Part shown: piece after piece, positions 1 through 14,046 of the stretch
Layout of the letters: each line of letters starts with the position of its first letter
Position numbering within the stretch: the first letter of the stretch is position 1
Assembly: GCA_037379345.1 (NCBI GenBank)
Contig: CM074514.1
Span: 21,142,001-21,206,000, forward strand
Length of the DNA stretch: 64,000 nucleotides
Source: Perna viridis
Taxonomy: Eukaryota
Direction: 5' to 3'
Notes under the pieces: model-generated
Databases searched by the model: none
Told to the model about the DNA's origin: nothing
What the model saw: only the letters and a program-made list of their open reading frames with translations
Program-made: the position numbers and the translations under genes

Positions 1-2180
1 TCTAGTGTCACGTAAGATATATATTATTTATTGTACTGTTATTGGCTACCCTATATGCATTTTCTTGGTATAGTCGTTTTCCATATTTATGGAATGCAAG
101 CCATTTCAGTTAGTTTTTCAAAGGGATGTCACCCACCAACACCCGACAATCTGGTTGGCAGTCTCATTGGGGAAAGGGAAAACTGTAAACATTTTTCTTG
201 GTAACTATTTTCACTTCGCTAGGTACCTGAATGGTTTGAAGTTATTTAAAAGTATCCAAGTACTTACCAGGGCTCTAATAAATTGAGTATTTGAATTTGA
301 AGTCTACTGCTGTCCATTGCTCCAATTGTACAGTAAATCAATCTGTCGGATGACAAATTTGTAGAAAGTTACTCCCCTTTGTTTGAAATCTTAACAAACG
401 AAGCCAAAGTCGGGATATGTAAAAGGACTATTGAATTGCTATAGTATCAGTCCTTCCTTCTGTTCTCTTTTCTATTTATTTTTTTGTGAATTTGTTCAGA
501 CCTATAGCTATCAATGGAAGACTTCATGCTATATTATAGTAGTACAAAATAATGGAAACTACACATCATTTAGCTAGCCAAAATCTTGTTTTACTAGACC
601 TGGGGTATTAGCTAGCTGCTTGAAGAAAGCACTATATTTCACTTTAAATGTATATCAAGGATTATTCAAGCTGGAGACAGGAATGGCTAGCTTGTGTTTC
701 CCAAAAATTGTCATAGCCTAAGTTGAAGCAATGCACAAATTGATTTAAATGATACATTTAGTTAGCTAAACATGCATGAATGAACACCCATACTTTTACA
801 AAGTTAATCAAGTTAAGAAATCCTCTTCAAAGAGTTTTGCCTTGTTTTGTTCTGCAGTCACAAAAAATCTCCTGTTAGCCTGTGCCAACAATATTTTTAA
901 AAATTTCTAACTTTGAAAATATAACAAGTATTGCCATGTGAATTGGAGGTAGCACCCTATTGATAAATCAATCTTTGTAAAGCAATGCCATGTAAAATTT
1001 ACAAGAACACTTGTGAAAATAAGAAAAATATATTTTTTAATACTATATATACATTTTTACATTTATAAAGTGAAAACCATTAGTATCAATTATTTCAATG
1101 CATATTTTAGGGGCATACCCAGGATTTCAGGTTAGTGGCAGGCAGAATAGAATTAAAGGCCCTTCTGTAAAGGGGAAGAATTAATAAAAAAAATCAAGAT
1201 TTCAAGCAAATAAAAGTTTGTTAGCTTGAAATCCTGATTCCCATTTTCAGAGGAAAGGGGATCCGCATCTGTGTTAGGAAAAGTTTAATCTCCTTACAGT
1301 TCAAAAGTTCAATACACAGAAAATGTTATTGATTTCACTAATAGCATCAGCTGTCAGAAAGGGTTTGCTTCATTGAATTATAGCCATGTCTTTACAAGGT
1401 CAAAGCATTTTTATATGATTAAATCATTTTTGTTATATTGTTGATTGTTTTATGAAGTTAAAAAGTGATTTTTATTAATGTGTTGTGTTCTGAAGACAAA
1501 GGTTTTTTTTATAAGTTGATTTATTATATGATATTTTTATTATTAATAATGTGGATGTTTTGCAATGATATATTATGAATTATGAACATATGACTTTTCT
1601 CTTTTTGAACAAAAAACCACATGACTGGTTGGATTGACTATTTCAGCTATTACTCACATTTTTCAAGTCTTCTTCTGTTCTACTTAGTACCATCTTATGT
1701 ATATAATTTAGAATAGATCTTAAGTGTTGAAAGGCTTTTTTTTCTGAGACTCACCACAATATTAATCGTAGGTTTGAATAAAAAATATTGTTTTAAATTA
1801 AAGAACATATAAACTTGTAAAACTTGTAAAGCAACAAATGGTACTTACTTTATTGAAGGGACCTTGACCTGTTAGATAATTATCCACTGCTTCTCCACCA
1901 AGCAGGAGATAGTGTGAAGATTGGTTAGCTTGTAATCAGAATAATGTGTATGAATGGGGTGGCATGCCTGCCTTCAGGATGTTGCATCTGTGAGCTACAC
2001 TTTAAAGATCAAGCTCAATCATTCTCATCCTGAAATGTATGAAATGTCAGCCATTGGACTTGAAACCATAATCAATCAATTATTCAATCAGTCAATCAAT
2101 CAATCATATAATAATAATAAGTATGCTTATATCATGATGTTTAAGTGTCTGTTACCTCATAGAAGTATTATTTTCTACAG

Positions 2181-2265
2181 GCGATTCCAGTTGAACTATA
2201 ACAGGTTAGAGCAAGAATACAAGTGTGCAGCTATGGGTGTTATAAGAAGGCAACATAAAAAAGGG
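2181..2265 (+). CDS. Candidate upstream exon of the RasGEF1 gene carrying a start ATG at 2233 (MGVIRRQHKKG)
   Basis: Acceptor ttttctacag at 2180 and donor GTAAGC at 2266 in phase 0; joins in frame to the exon at 12700. No homology support. Confidence 0.45.
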
Positions 2266-3140
2266 GTAAGCTCATATCACTGTTCTTCAGGGTTAACAAT
2301 GTGTCTTACAAATAAAATAGACTGTGGATACATTATATTGCATTATTCTTGAAAAAATCATTCTGGCTGGTATATGTACAAATATTTTACACAGACTTTA
2401 CCATTTTAATTTACTAGTCTGAATAATTGGTTTTACAAAGTTTTCCTATTCAATTTTACAGGTTTATACATTGTCTGTCTGTTGACCACACATTGATTCC
2501 TCAAATATATCTGTATGGGTGAAATGTTTGTCTATATATTAAAAAAATCTGTTCTTTGTCATTTCTTTTTTTTAGAATTTTGGTTTGTAAGACTAATCAC
2601 ATAAAAGAGGGACATGCATACATAGATCAGAACAGTTTCTTGTACAAAAATACAAATTGCTTGTTCACTTCTTTATCTTTGTGAAGGTTTTCTTAATGTA
2701 TTTCTTGTTACTTTCTGACTTATCTTTTTTTAACTGTTGATTCGACCAATTTTTTTTTTTTATAATTTCAATGATTACTAGTCATGACTTCTAGTGTTTG
2801 TGTAAAAAATCAACTAAATTCTTTGATTTTTTCTCTACATTTAGTAAAACTTAGTAGTGTAAGATTCCATTGATTTAGAAAATTATTGGACTCATGAGTT
2901 ATCTCTCTTAGATTACTTATACAATTGAACTCAAATTTATTGAAATTAAGTTTAAAAGAATTCATAGCATTTCTTTAGTAGTCCATTTATTTATTTGTTC
3001 TCCCATTATTTTCATTCTGGTTTGTTTCCTTGCTATGCAGTACACCTTTTTACCTATATCTATATATTGTTAACCCTTATTAAAGATTTTTCATAGTGAT
3101 ATGGTTCTTTCTTACTGAGTTAAAAAATATTATTGCAGTG

Positions 3141-3321
3141 TACAGCAAAACCTGTCTAGGCCAAACCTTGAATTAACTGTAAACCTGCCTCAACCAGACA
3201 ACTTTTAAAGTCCCACTGTGTTATTTTAAATGTATTTTGAACCTGGATAAATTGTACACCTGTCCAAACTGACCGAATTCTACAGTCCAAAAGTGGTTTG
3301 GTTTGGAGAGGTTTGACTGTA
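3141..3321. mobile_element. Tc1/mariner(pogo)-type MITE
   Basis: TACAGCAAAACCTGTC...GAGAGGTTTGACTGTA imperfect TIRs with TA ends. Confidence 0.65.
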
Positions 3322-3816
3322 AATGCATGTCCTTCATTTTCATATGGAACTAGAAAGGTTTCAGTTTTATTTCATCTACCATTGTTTCAGACTACAAAAT
3401 GTATCTACTTTTCAATGCAAAAATTGTGAACTATCACCTTCTTTAAAAATTACCATTAAATACTTATTGCAATACCATTGGTTTTAAAAAAAAAGACATT
3501 AAAAATTTTTAAATCATTTCAAAATTATCTTATTTTTTCTATTAAACTGTTTTAGGAATAGCTTTTAGATCAAGGTTGTTTTTCAATTTTAAAAGTCCTT
3601 TGTGAAATAAATCAATCTAGATGATGATGAACAGACATTAATAATGACAACGTCCATCCCCTGGCAAAAGTTTTAATGAGAGAGGACTTAACAAAGTGTA
3701 AAATTAATGTTATCCTAGATCATATCTCCACTATAGCCCCTGGGACCTGTGTAACAACAGGCCGTGCTCAGAGTTTTTTTATACTTGGATGGGGTTATAA
3801 TTATAATTTTTTTACA

Positions 3817-4038
3817 TAAGGCCATCATAAAAAATTCTTATATTCTCATCCAACATTTTGTTAAAATTGGGGCAGGCAGGTGAATTTATTTTATATCAAT
3901 TTAAGTGAAAATTATTGTCAGTTTGAAAGATATTGAACCTAAATTGGGGAAAAAATCTAAATTAAATTTTTAGGGAAGGTGAAAAAAATTTGGACAGGAG
4001 GAGAGGAAAAACAAATATGATTTTTTATTTTGGCCTTA
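3817..4038. mobile_element. MITE with TAAGGCCA...TGGCCTTA termini
   Basis: About 20-bp imperfect TIRs TAAGGCCATCATAAAAAATTC / GATTTTTTTATTTTGGCCTTA. Confidence 0.55.
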
Positions 4039-6671
4039 TGGAATATTTTTACCTCTGGATTTGATTGATTTGGGGGTAAATTGTATATTTGTCTAATGTT
4101 TACTTTATTTAACATATAGTAGCCTGATACTGTTCCACTGTTATGTAGCTCAGGTAAAATAGTTAATAGATGAACAACTGTGTCCCATAGATTTCAGGTC
4201 TGATTATTATCTCATAGTTTTATACATGTACTAGTAGATGAATCAAAATCTTATACCATAACTGAAATTTCCTTTGTCTACTGAGCTTTACATGAAATTC
4301 ACATGAATAGAACACATATTTTATGTGGTTTTTACATGAAATTCATTTCACATGAATATTATTCGAAAATTTTATATGACACATTTGAAGGCTGCCATCA
4401 CAATGTGTACCACTGTTTATTACTACTTAATATGTCCAACCTAAAAAAAAAATACTGTATTTGAAAAATAAGTTCGGTTTTTTTTTATTGACATTACCTT
4501 CTATTATTGTTTCAGTTTTAGTATTTGCTTTATTTTGTCAATATCATTATAATCTTTTTAAATAACACCAAATAGATTTTATATGTTATTCTATTGTTCA
4601 CTAAGTAAATTTATTGGTAGAATTACAAACAGTTTAATCAATTTTGTTTAGGATTAGAACCATGGGCATACTGTGATATTCTCACTAGTGACATAAAGAT
4701 AATTAAGTCCAACTGAGCTTGATGGATATTTAATAACCATAATATTTTGTTTGTAAACATTTGTAATTGGGGTCAGTTTTGATCAAGGGGAGTAAAAAAT
4801 CAACTTAAATTTGATTTAAGTTATAGAAAAATGATAAATATATATATATATGATAGATTTTAATAGGAACTTATTATTGTACAATAATTGTAATAATCAA
4901 GATAAATGAAATGTAAATGAAATTTTACATCACTGGTGGATATTAAGTTAAAATTAGAAATAAAAGAAGTCAGAAAATAAGAACTAGATCAGTTAGGTTT
5001 ATTGGCATTTCTGTTACCTAGTATGTTATTGTATCAATAAATTATATTATCATGTAGCCATAATGTTAATCATATTATCAATTTGTAAGGTACATGTTAC
5101 CATATTTAACCATTATCCTATAATAGCCAAGCCAACTAGAGAGCAGGAACTCCCTTTAGGCACCCCAGTATATCCCTAACTAATCAGGGATCAATAAAAT
5201 CCCATGTATCTGGTCTGGCGGACTTTTTAAACTTGACAAGATATAGATCTCTTTGTTTTATGTTTGTGTATACGCTTGTTTAATCGATTGATGATGTTTG
5301 TCAGTTTTATATAAAGTGAACAGATTTTAATAAAGTGGATTGTTCATTAAGATAAATTATTGGATTGTGTTTGAAGCATGAGCTCTTCTTTTTCCTCAAC
5401 TTATAAGAAACTAAGAAGAAGTTTAAGAGGGGTGAGTTTTTAAAGCATCACAATTCATTCTGTTTATATACATATTTTATGTTGGTTTTTTTGGTGTCTT
5501 GTTCAAAGCACAGGTTTGTTGAGAACAATATCAATGGCAACTTTTGAGGTCACATTCAATTTTATAACTGTTCAATTGATTAAAGACCAGTCAATGATGT
5601 TGTCAATATACATGTATTTTAGAGACCAATTTATTTTTATAATACTCATATAAATATATGGTAAGTACATATGGGAAAAAGGCAAAATTCATTGAGAAAA
5701 AGGAAACATGTTTTATTGATATTAATATTTGAGTTATCTCCCCTAATAGTACTGGTATATTCAGGTTTATAGTGGTATGCCATGTCTCCAGGCATAGATG
5801 AAAACAATCTTTCTTCTCAAATCAATATAAACATGTACATAGAATGTTTCACAATGTTTTTTAAAGCGTAGGATCTGACGCATATGGATATTAAATATTG
5901 CTTTTTTTCAATTAGAAAATATGAACATGTACCAGTACAATACCTACAGAATATGTGATGAACTGAAATAATTTTCAAAAAGCAAAAAAGTGGTATTTTA
6001 AAACTCTTTTTAGAATTGATGACCTAAATAAAACTAATTTTTGCTTTTTTGAAAAAATTTTGTTTGTTTTTTTTGGTGTGTAATAGGATGCTAACACTGT
6101 GGATATTATTTGATACCCTTTCCCTTCACTGTGAGATTATGATGTCTTTTATTTTCAGTTGTTTGTAAAATGGAGGATTTGTCTTATTTTTCAAAATGAA
6201 GAACACCTAGAACTTATGTAGGTGGATCTTAACATGCCTGAGGAACTTTTAACGTTTGTGGAATTTAATTACTTGAGAGTACTTCAAAGTCAAACCCTTC
6301 TGTCCAATTACACACCCAATTTATAGAAAATCAAGTAAATAATGGATGGTTTGGACAAAAATAGGTGCCCAGAACCCACACTTTTGTTGTAAAAATTGAA
6401 AAACAGGATTTTGTCAATAAAAAACTATTGAAGGGTAAATGTAGATGGTTTTGTGTAAGTTGAGCTGGTTGAAGCTCATAATTAGGGGTGGCTTTTCTAA
6501 ATGATACAATCTTCAGAATTTGTCAAAATAAATTTCAATTGTTATTCTTGTGACTCCCACTTCTGAGTCAACTTAAACCACAGGTGTTTTACTTTGCCCC
6601 AAAAAGCATTTTAAAGTTTACTATAAAAATCTTTGCCCCATTGAATGCTTTTTTTTGTGAGATTGAACTTG

Positions 6672-7743
6672 TTTTTATACTTCCCCCTCCCCAAACAAAG
6701 TTTTGGGAACATTTAGGAATCACCATGTCTGTCCGTCCGTCTGTCTGTCTGCATTACTTGTAAGCACAACTTCTCCTAAACCACTCACAGGATTTTGATG
6801 AAATTTAATAGGAAGGTTGGGTATCATATGTAGATGTGCATGAAGGAATATAATTACTGTCTGAGGACTCCAAAGGGAGATGATTCAGATTAAGGGTTTT
6901 ACATGTTAATACCTCGTAAGTGCAACCAACTCCTGCTAAACTGCTCAAGGGATTTTGATTAAATTGTACAGGAATTTTGAGTATCATATTTAGATGTGCA
7001 TGAAGGAGTATGGTTACTTTCAGAAGACTCCAAGGAGAGATCATCCAAATTATGGGTTTTACAAGTTAAAATCTCGTTAAGTGTAACTCCTCCTTTATCT
7101 CTCAAGAGATTTTGATGAAATTTTATAGAAAAGTTTGATATCATTTGAAGATATGCATTAAGGTATGTGATTAGAGGACCCCAAAGGGAGATAATCCAAA
7201 TTAAAGGTTTAACATGTTAAAACCTTGTAAGTGCAATCAACTCCTAAACCACTCAATGGATTTTGATGAAATTGTATAGGAATTTTGAGTATCATTTGTA
7301 GATGGGTATGAAGGAATATAATAAATGTCGGAGGACTCCAAGGGGAAATAACCTGAATTATGTTTTTTTCATGTTAAAACCTTAGATTATGGGTTTTTTC
7401 ATGTCAAAACCTTGTAGGTGCAGCTCCTCCTAAACCACTCAAGGGATTTTGATGAAATTTTATAGGAAGTTTTAGTATCATATACAGATGTGCATCATGG
7501 AATATGATTACTGTCAGAGGACTTCAAAGGGAGAAAACCTTGTAATTAAACTCCTTCTATATACTGTTCAAGGGATTTTGATGAAATATTATAAGAAGGT
7601 TGGGTACCATATGTAGATATGCATGAAGGAATATAATTACTGTTGGGTGATGCCAAAAGAAAAAACCATCATGGTTTTTTATTTAAGTTCATTTGAAGCA
7701 GGGGTGTATTCTCTTTGTGAACTTGCTCACAGTATTTCTAGTT
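6672..7743 (+). mobile_element. Non-autonomous Helentron/HINE (DINE-1-like) element with about 6 internal ~155-bp tandem units
   Basis: Starts TTTTTATAC, then a (GTCY)n microsatellite at about 6727-6750, units beginning TTGTAAG at about 6758, 6915, 7074, 7224, 7412, 7539, a subterminal GGGGTGTA, a 3' hairpin TGTGA-acttgc-TCACA and a terminal CTAGTT; second copy at 57651. Confidence 0.78.
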
Positions 7744-8149
7744 TACTTTGTCCAATGTGAACCATACACCTTTGGCACTGTTTAGGTGCAAATTTTAACA
7801 TCTTTATAAAGAAAAGGTAAATCAGAAATCCTAGCATGACTTTGACATGTTTTATAATTCATCACTGAGCTGTTTATTGTCCTTCACATGATGATATGAA
7901 GAGTTACTAGTATGAATACAAGTATGGTCATTCATCTTCTGCGTGATCAGTGTCAAGTTTGAGGAAATTTTTAAAAATAAGTATCACACATTATTACAAG
8001 TCATGTCTTTCATTCAGAACAACAAGTAATTGTACATGCAGCAATATTTTATGTTGTCTGCCTGTCTGTCTGTTTTGAAAAAATTTGTCTCTAGTTGATA
8101 ATTTGAGATTTTTGTATCTTTATATTATATACATGTAATTATAGTGCAT

Positions 8150-8199
8150 GATTGATTACTCTCTTTTTGCTAGAATTTTGGTTCCCTTGATTACTCTTT
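8150..8199 (+). repeat. 5'-truncated 3'-end fragment of the same ~260-bp repeat family
   Basis: TGGTTCCCTTGATTACTCTTT is identical to the 3' terminus of the 32517 copy. Confidence 0.6.
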
Positions 8200-11100
8200 G
8201 ACATTTAGAAAATGCTCATGTAATTTGTTATTGATTTAAGGGTCTGTGAAGTTGCTCTTTTTTTCTTTGTGTACAGTTTGTTTGACATTTGTTTAGTAGA
8301 GATCAGTAAACAGTGGCAGATCTAGAAATTAGGAGACATCTACTTGCCTAAGATTGGGTTTGCCATCAGTGTTTTGAAGTTTTTTCTATATAAACAAACT
8401 TTCCGTGCATCAGGAAGGACCACAACCCCTCCCTCCCTCATCCATCTATGGTTAAATGGGAGATTCAAGGCTGTATGTCACTAGATATTGCAAGGTACCA
8501 GTACATTTAAGAACTCTGTATTTCCAGGCCTGAGCTAACATACATGTACTAGTATTGATAATATAAGATGCATTGTAATGATAATGATAAAACACCTGTT
8601 AAGTTGAAGATATTCTTGTCAAACTGTGATTTTATCCACCTTAGATATGAATAGTTTCCAGGATAAAATCTCTGATAACAACACCTGAAGACAATATATC
8701 ATGGCATGCTTTGATAAAGACATGTGTATTGTAGAGAAAAAGTATGATAGAAAACATGTAGGTCATTCATGTTAAGTGTAAAGTATTGTATATATGTTAT
8801 ATATCAGATTTGTAAAATGTATCCCATCAAGGAGCGACTATGATGTATGGCCAGATTAAAACCATATGGAAAGATGCTTGAATATCTTAACGTATTAGGT
8901 TTTTCATGAAAACATTATTTGCTGTGCATTACTTATCATCTAAAGTTATTATGAAATTGGTTACTTAAAAATTGAAACAATCATCACAGATAATAGAGAT
9001 TGTAACTATTTTAACAACTATTCTTGTCCTAAACACCCTCCTCAAGATATGAATACATTGTATAAAATCAGGGTTACTGTTCAAATTTTGCTTACAAATT
9101 TATCATGTTCTTATTTCTCACCTCTTTTGGATATTACTTGTACTTGTTATGATAAGCTGCTTATATACATGTACAATTATAATATTTGTTTCTGTATCAG
9201 TATGATATCTAGTACAATATAATTTTATTTGTTGATGTATTGTATGTGTGGTACTGTTTGTCTACCTTAATGTCTGAAGACATACTTTTACTTATTATAA
9301 TCTCTGTTTATTTACTATGAGGATCTGAGGGTTTGTATCTCATATTTGTGTATATTTACATTTAAATTGTTTTTCTTTAGTTATACATATACACAAAGTA
9401 TATCATAGTCAGTTTATAGAGCTTTTAATCTTTTTTTTCCATATTTACTGTGGTATTTAGTGATTTTCAATAGAATTTTTGGCAGCGGCATAAAATCTTC
9501 CTATCAGTAGTAAGTTTATTTACTAAGCTATCAGAAAACATGATTTGCATATTATATTTTATGAATTTAGGATTTTACCGTCTTGTTTTGGTATTGAAAT
9601 CAAGGGTTTTAAAATTCTCACATATTTAATCAGGAATCTTTTTGTATTAAGCTGTGGGAAAATTTCAAAACCTATCTGCCCATGTTTACTGGGGTGGAAC
9701 TTAAAAGAGACCTCATCACCTAACACATGTAATTGACCCTCCATAGTGTTAGGTTGTGTAAGTTAAATCAAATCAAATGCCTATAAATATAATTTGATGA
9801 CACTTGTAGTTTTATTTGAAGATCATTTCCCCACTTAGGTAAAAATTTTGAGATATCAATACTATGAAGGACTATTAAAAGGTATTTAGATTCCAATTTA
9901 AGAATTTTTACTCTTTTTAAAAAAATTTCACCTGTTTTGACCCATGACTCTAGACACTTCAGAGGAATGTGAAGATTTGTGATGAAAGACAAATAAATTT
10001 GGTAAGGGGTACATTTGCTTTTACTGTTTCTTACCCAGTTATAAATGAAAATTTTTAATTGATTCATTAAAAGGTCTTCTTGGAATATTTTGAATATTTT
10101 TGTGTGAGAAATAAAGATAACTGACCTGCAATGGACAAGATTTATGATCTTACATTGTAACCATGTCAAATATTATTGTTTCTTTGAAATGTTTATTGAT
10201 ATCTTATGAAAGAGAATTTTGTGGGTAATTTATATGCAAAAGTATCGGCTGCATGCTTCGACAACTTACATACATTTGCTTACATATATTGTCAAAAGTT
10301 GTCTTGGTACACTAGATATATATGGTTAGAATACAGTAGTTAAGAATATATACAATATTTACCTCATAGAATTATGTCATTAAGGCAAATATTGTTTTGG
10401 TAATTCGGTCAGGTTTACACATTTTTGTTTTATTTTGCTCTTTAGTTTCTGTGTTATTCTTGTATTAACTGTAAACAATATCATGTTAGCAAAGTGAACA
10501 CACATTATAACAGATATAATGCAAAACACACTATTTTCTTTCCAGACCAAATATAATACTAACCAAAACTGTCCCCAATAGTTTCTAAATCGTTAGTCTG
10601 ATTTTGAACTTGGAATTTCCAAAAGTGTCAATGCCAAAACTAGCATCAAATTAATTTGCTTATGTGTAATCACCTAAATTAGATCAGGCCATACCTCAGA
10701 AGTGATTACTAAAATACCGTATAACTCCTGGTACCAAATTGTAATAATGTGCATGTTTGCCTGCTTGTAACTAGGTGTTTTATCAAATAAATAAAAAAAA
10801 GAACATTATATAGATTTATTCTATAGGTCATGATTTGAGGTCAGTCTCATAGATTTATCTCTATCAATTGCACTAACTTAATCCTGATGGTATATAGTAG
10901 GAACTATATTTTCTTCATTCTACAAGGCCATTAAACTCAGTGCAATGTATACTCAATATACTACATATAAAAGCTATCTTGATTTATCTTGCAAAGCTCA
11001 AGTCAATTTTTATTAAAAATTTTTTCAGTTTTTATATCTTATTTTCTGTAAAGCAGTCCCATGTTCTGTTAAAGCAGACCTTGGTTCATGTTCCTCATGT

Positions 11101-12699
11101 CGAAAATTTCACAGGGCCTTGTTTAGTTTGAAACCCAATTTAAAATCTGATAGAATTTGTCACTGGTAGAAGAAATTTGTCATGAATCACAAAAGGTTGT
11201 TAAATTTTTCTGTATTTTAATTTTTCACAAATATTTGTTTGAATTGACTTGAGTGAATCACTCAACAAATTTTTGTACAATGGCTGGAGATTTAACAATA
11301 ATTGAAATTCAGAATAAATTAAAGGTTACAAATTCTGTAGGTTAATCATGAATTAACTTGCTTGAATGCAGCTTTCTTTGATAGAATGTCCATCACACCA
11401 GTGTCACAAAGTATAGTTTATTCCAAAATGTCTTCAGGTAGATGCTATGATCACACAATTTGACCTCCATTTAAACTTTAGTCTTTGCATAGCAGTAAAA
11501 TATAATAATTCATTCTTTTTTTTTGTAATACCAACCTAAGATACAAGTCAATGGATTTCATATTGTTCCTTATTTTTTTGTATTTTTATATTTAAATCGT
11601 TGATGTCTACCTGAAAAATTACCTGTAAGATGTTTACCTGTAAATGTGAAATAAACTATAGGTAAGAGGAATGTAAAGAAATATTTGATCAAACTATGTA
11701 GTAGTAACCTGGACCTGGGACATCATCGTTAAAACTGTCAGTTTGTAGGTGACAACTGTAATAATCTGTCACATTAAGTGATCAGTATTGTTTAGGAGTA
11801 CATCATTGTGAAACTTCTTGGACGTCAATGTTTATCTGATCAGAAAAGTTATTGTAAAATGGATGCGTAAGTCATTGTTAAAGTTTTTATTATTTACAAA
11901 TGGTATTGTAATGGCTTATAGAAATTTTACCCAAAAAATTTTTGCAATATGACTATTTTAAGTTAGTTTTCTGTGTTAGAGATTTTGATTTTTATTTCTG
12001 CATGTATGTTATGCATATTTTGTACTGGAATATTTAAGGAGTATATAATTTTTTTGAAAATCCAGGTTAAAAGAACTCGTTTCTAATATATAATATTGAG
12101 CATGTGTACAAGGACATGTCTGAAATGTATATCGTATTACATAGAAATGCCATTTTTTTAGCATTCAACATTCAATATATTGACATTCTAATGAAATAAG
12201 ATTGTGTATTGCCATGCTTCAAGAGTGTATATTTGTTAATTAATGCATCTTCAGGGACATGTATTCTTGCACATGATTTTGTAATGTTATTTGTTGATGC
12301 AACTGATACTTAAAGTGTTTGTCACCTAGTGGTACTTCACTAAAGTGGTATCATTGCATGGACTGCCATTTATCTAACTAGCATTATATTCTGTTTATAA
12401 AAGTCATATGGTTAAGGAGTACATGTAAGTGTAATAATAAGATTTGGCTCAGTCCAATTATCTCATCAATTATTATCAAAGACTTGATTGGTATCAACTG
12501 GAAACAATACAGTTTGACATATTCTGATACACCTTACTGATATTCCGGTTGAGGTATTTAAACTATGGATTGGAGATAAAATGTTTTAGATTTCTGTGGA
12601 TCTAATTCTTATTGATGGTAGAACTATGCTGTGGTCCCCTAGACAGATAGGATTTCTGCTAATTATATGTCCCTAGTATCACTTGTTTTATAATTTCAG

Positions 12700-12750
12700 T
12701 CTTCTAGAAGTCAGCCTGCCATTGGATTAAAGCAGACTTCTAAGAAAAGG
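12700..12750 (+). CDS. Candidate RasGEF1 N-terminal exon (SSRSQPAIGLKQTSKKR)
   Basis: taatttcag acceptor and AGG|GTAAGT donor; 51 nt, open in phase 0-0. Confidence 0.5.
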
Positions 12751-14046
12751 GTAAGTCTTTATTAGATATAATAATGTAGTCTTTGATGTGTCTGTAAGTA
12801 AAATTGTGTAGTAATTGGCCTTAGCAGAAAAGACAGAATACTCTCTTTAGTTCTTATATGGTTATTAAGTTTGGTAAATATGATAGAAAATTGAACTGTG
12901 TCTTTTTTAGTGATTATTCTTGTTAATTCTGCAAGGACAATTTGAAATATAGGTGTAACAATGAAGTGATGTTTCAGTTTTTCTTTAAATTTGTTCTTTT
13001 AGAAGTACATACATCTTTTATTTAAAAACCAAATAGGAAGTACTAGTCTATATAACACTTTTTAACTAGAACAAACATATTTTTGTTTGTCCTTATTTAG
13101 AGCAAGTTACCATTAAAGTTTCATGGCCGAATTATGGTATACCCCTGAGAGGCTGACATAACATATTACAATTGAAGATCTCTCATGTGAAAATGAATTA
13201 TAATAGTCTCCATTAGGTGTCATTTTAGACAACAAAATTATCTATTTCATATTATAAACATTTCAAGCATAAGTAAACAATATGACTATTATAGTACTAA
13301 AGTGTTCTGGTATGACAATTGATGTTTAACATATGGCTATGGACTAAAGTGTTAAAGTCTAATTTTGGACCTGTGAATCTCTAAAACAATTTGTTGAAGC
13401 TTGAATAAGCAGTGCTATGTTTACGAACATATGTATTATAATGTAAAAATTGACATATAGTCTTGTGAATCTGAAAAACAGTTTGTTGGACCTCAAATTG
13501 CTATATTTAAGTAATCATCGCTTTATTAAAAGAAAAACATTTTTTACAGAAATGCTTATAGCAAGAAAAGGAGCATAAGTATACATTAGTTATCATAAGG
13601 GTCTCAGTATTGTATTAAATTTCCCATAGTCCTCTATAGTGAAGTGCATATTTTTAGGATTTTAAAAAAAATATGTAAATTGATTCAATAAAACTGTCAC
13701 TTATGTAGCATTTCTAAGGACATGTGAAAAATAATTTCCCGCAAAGAAAATAGGGTGAGTCCACAAAGATCGGACAGAAAAGTAGTCTTGAACTATAAAT
13801 AGCCATTTTCTCTACTTTCACTTTCGTTTTGCACTCACCAAACCAACGTTTTCAGTGGAACATTTTTATGTTATTATGTTAGATTTTCTTTTAAAAAAGT
13901 TTGTCATCTTATAGTGTGATATTTTCTCTATTTTATAAGTCATTGTTAATATCTTTTGACAAAACATTAGTTTGTAGAGAGGCAAAATGGACTATATTTT
14001 TATAGCATCCAAGTTTTGATGTACACCCGCTCAGGGATATTCAATG

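Noticed and set aside
1954-2352. 132-aa ORF as a standalone gene
   Set aside because: Contains a (ATCA)n-like tract and no recognisable domain; only 2181-2265 has splice signals.
5658-5666. ATG|GTAAGT as a one-codon alternative first exon of RasGEF1
   Set aside because: Phase-compatible, but no promoter or acceptor support; such motifs arise by chance in 20 kb of intron.
6805-7144. Two similar minus-strand ORFs
   Set aside because: The similarity comes from the ~155-bp internal repeat units of the HINE-like element.
8311-8450. CAGTGGCAGATCTAG-type MITE remnants (also about 1110-1271 and 24781-24960)
   Set aside because: Too degraded to define both termini reliably.
9545-10169. ORFs of 61-133 aa
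   Set aside because: AT-rich intronic composition (I/K/F/L-biased), non-ATG starts, no motifs or compatible splice sites.
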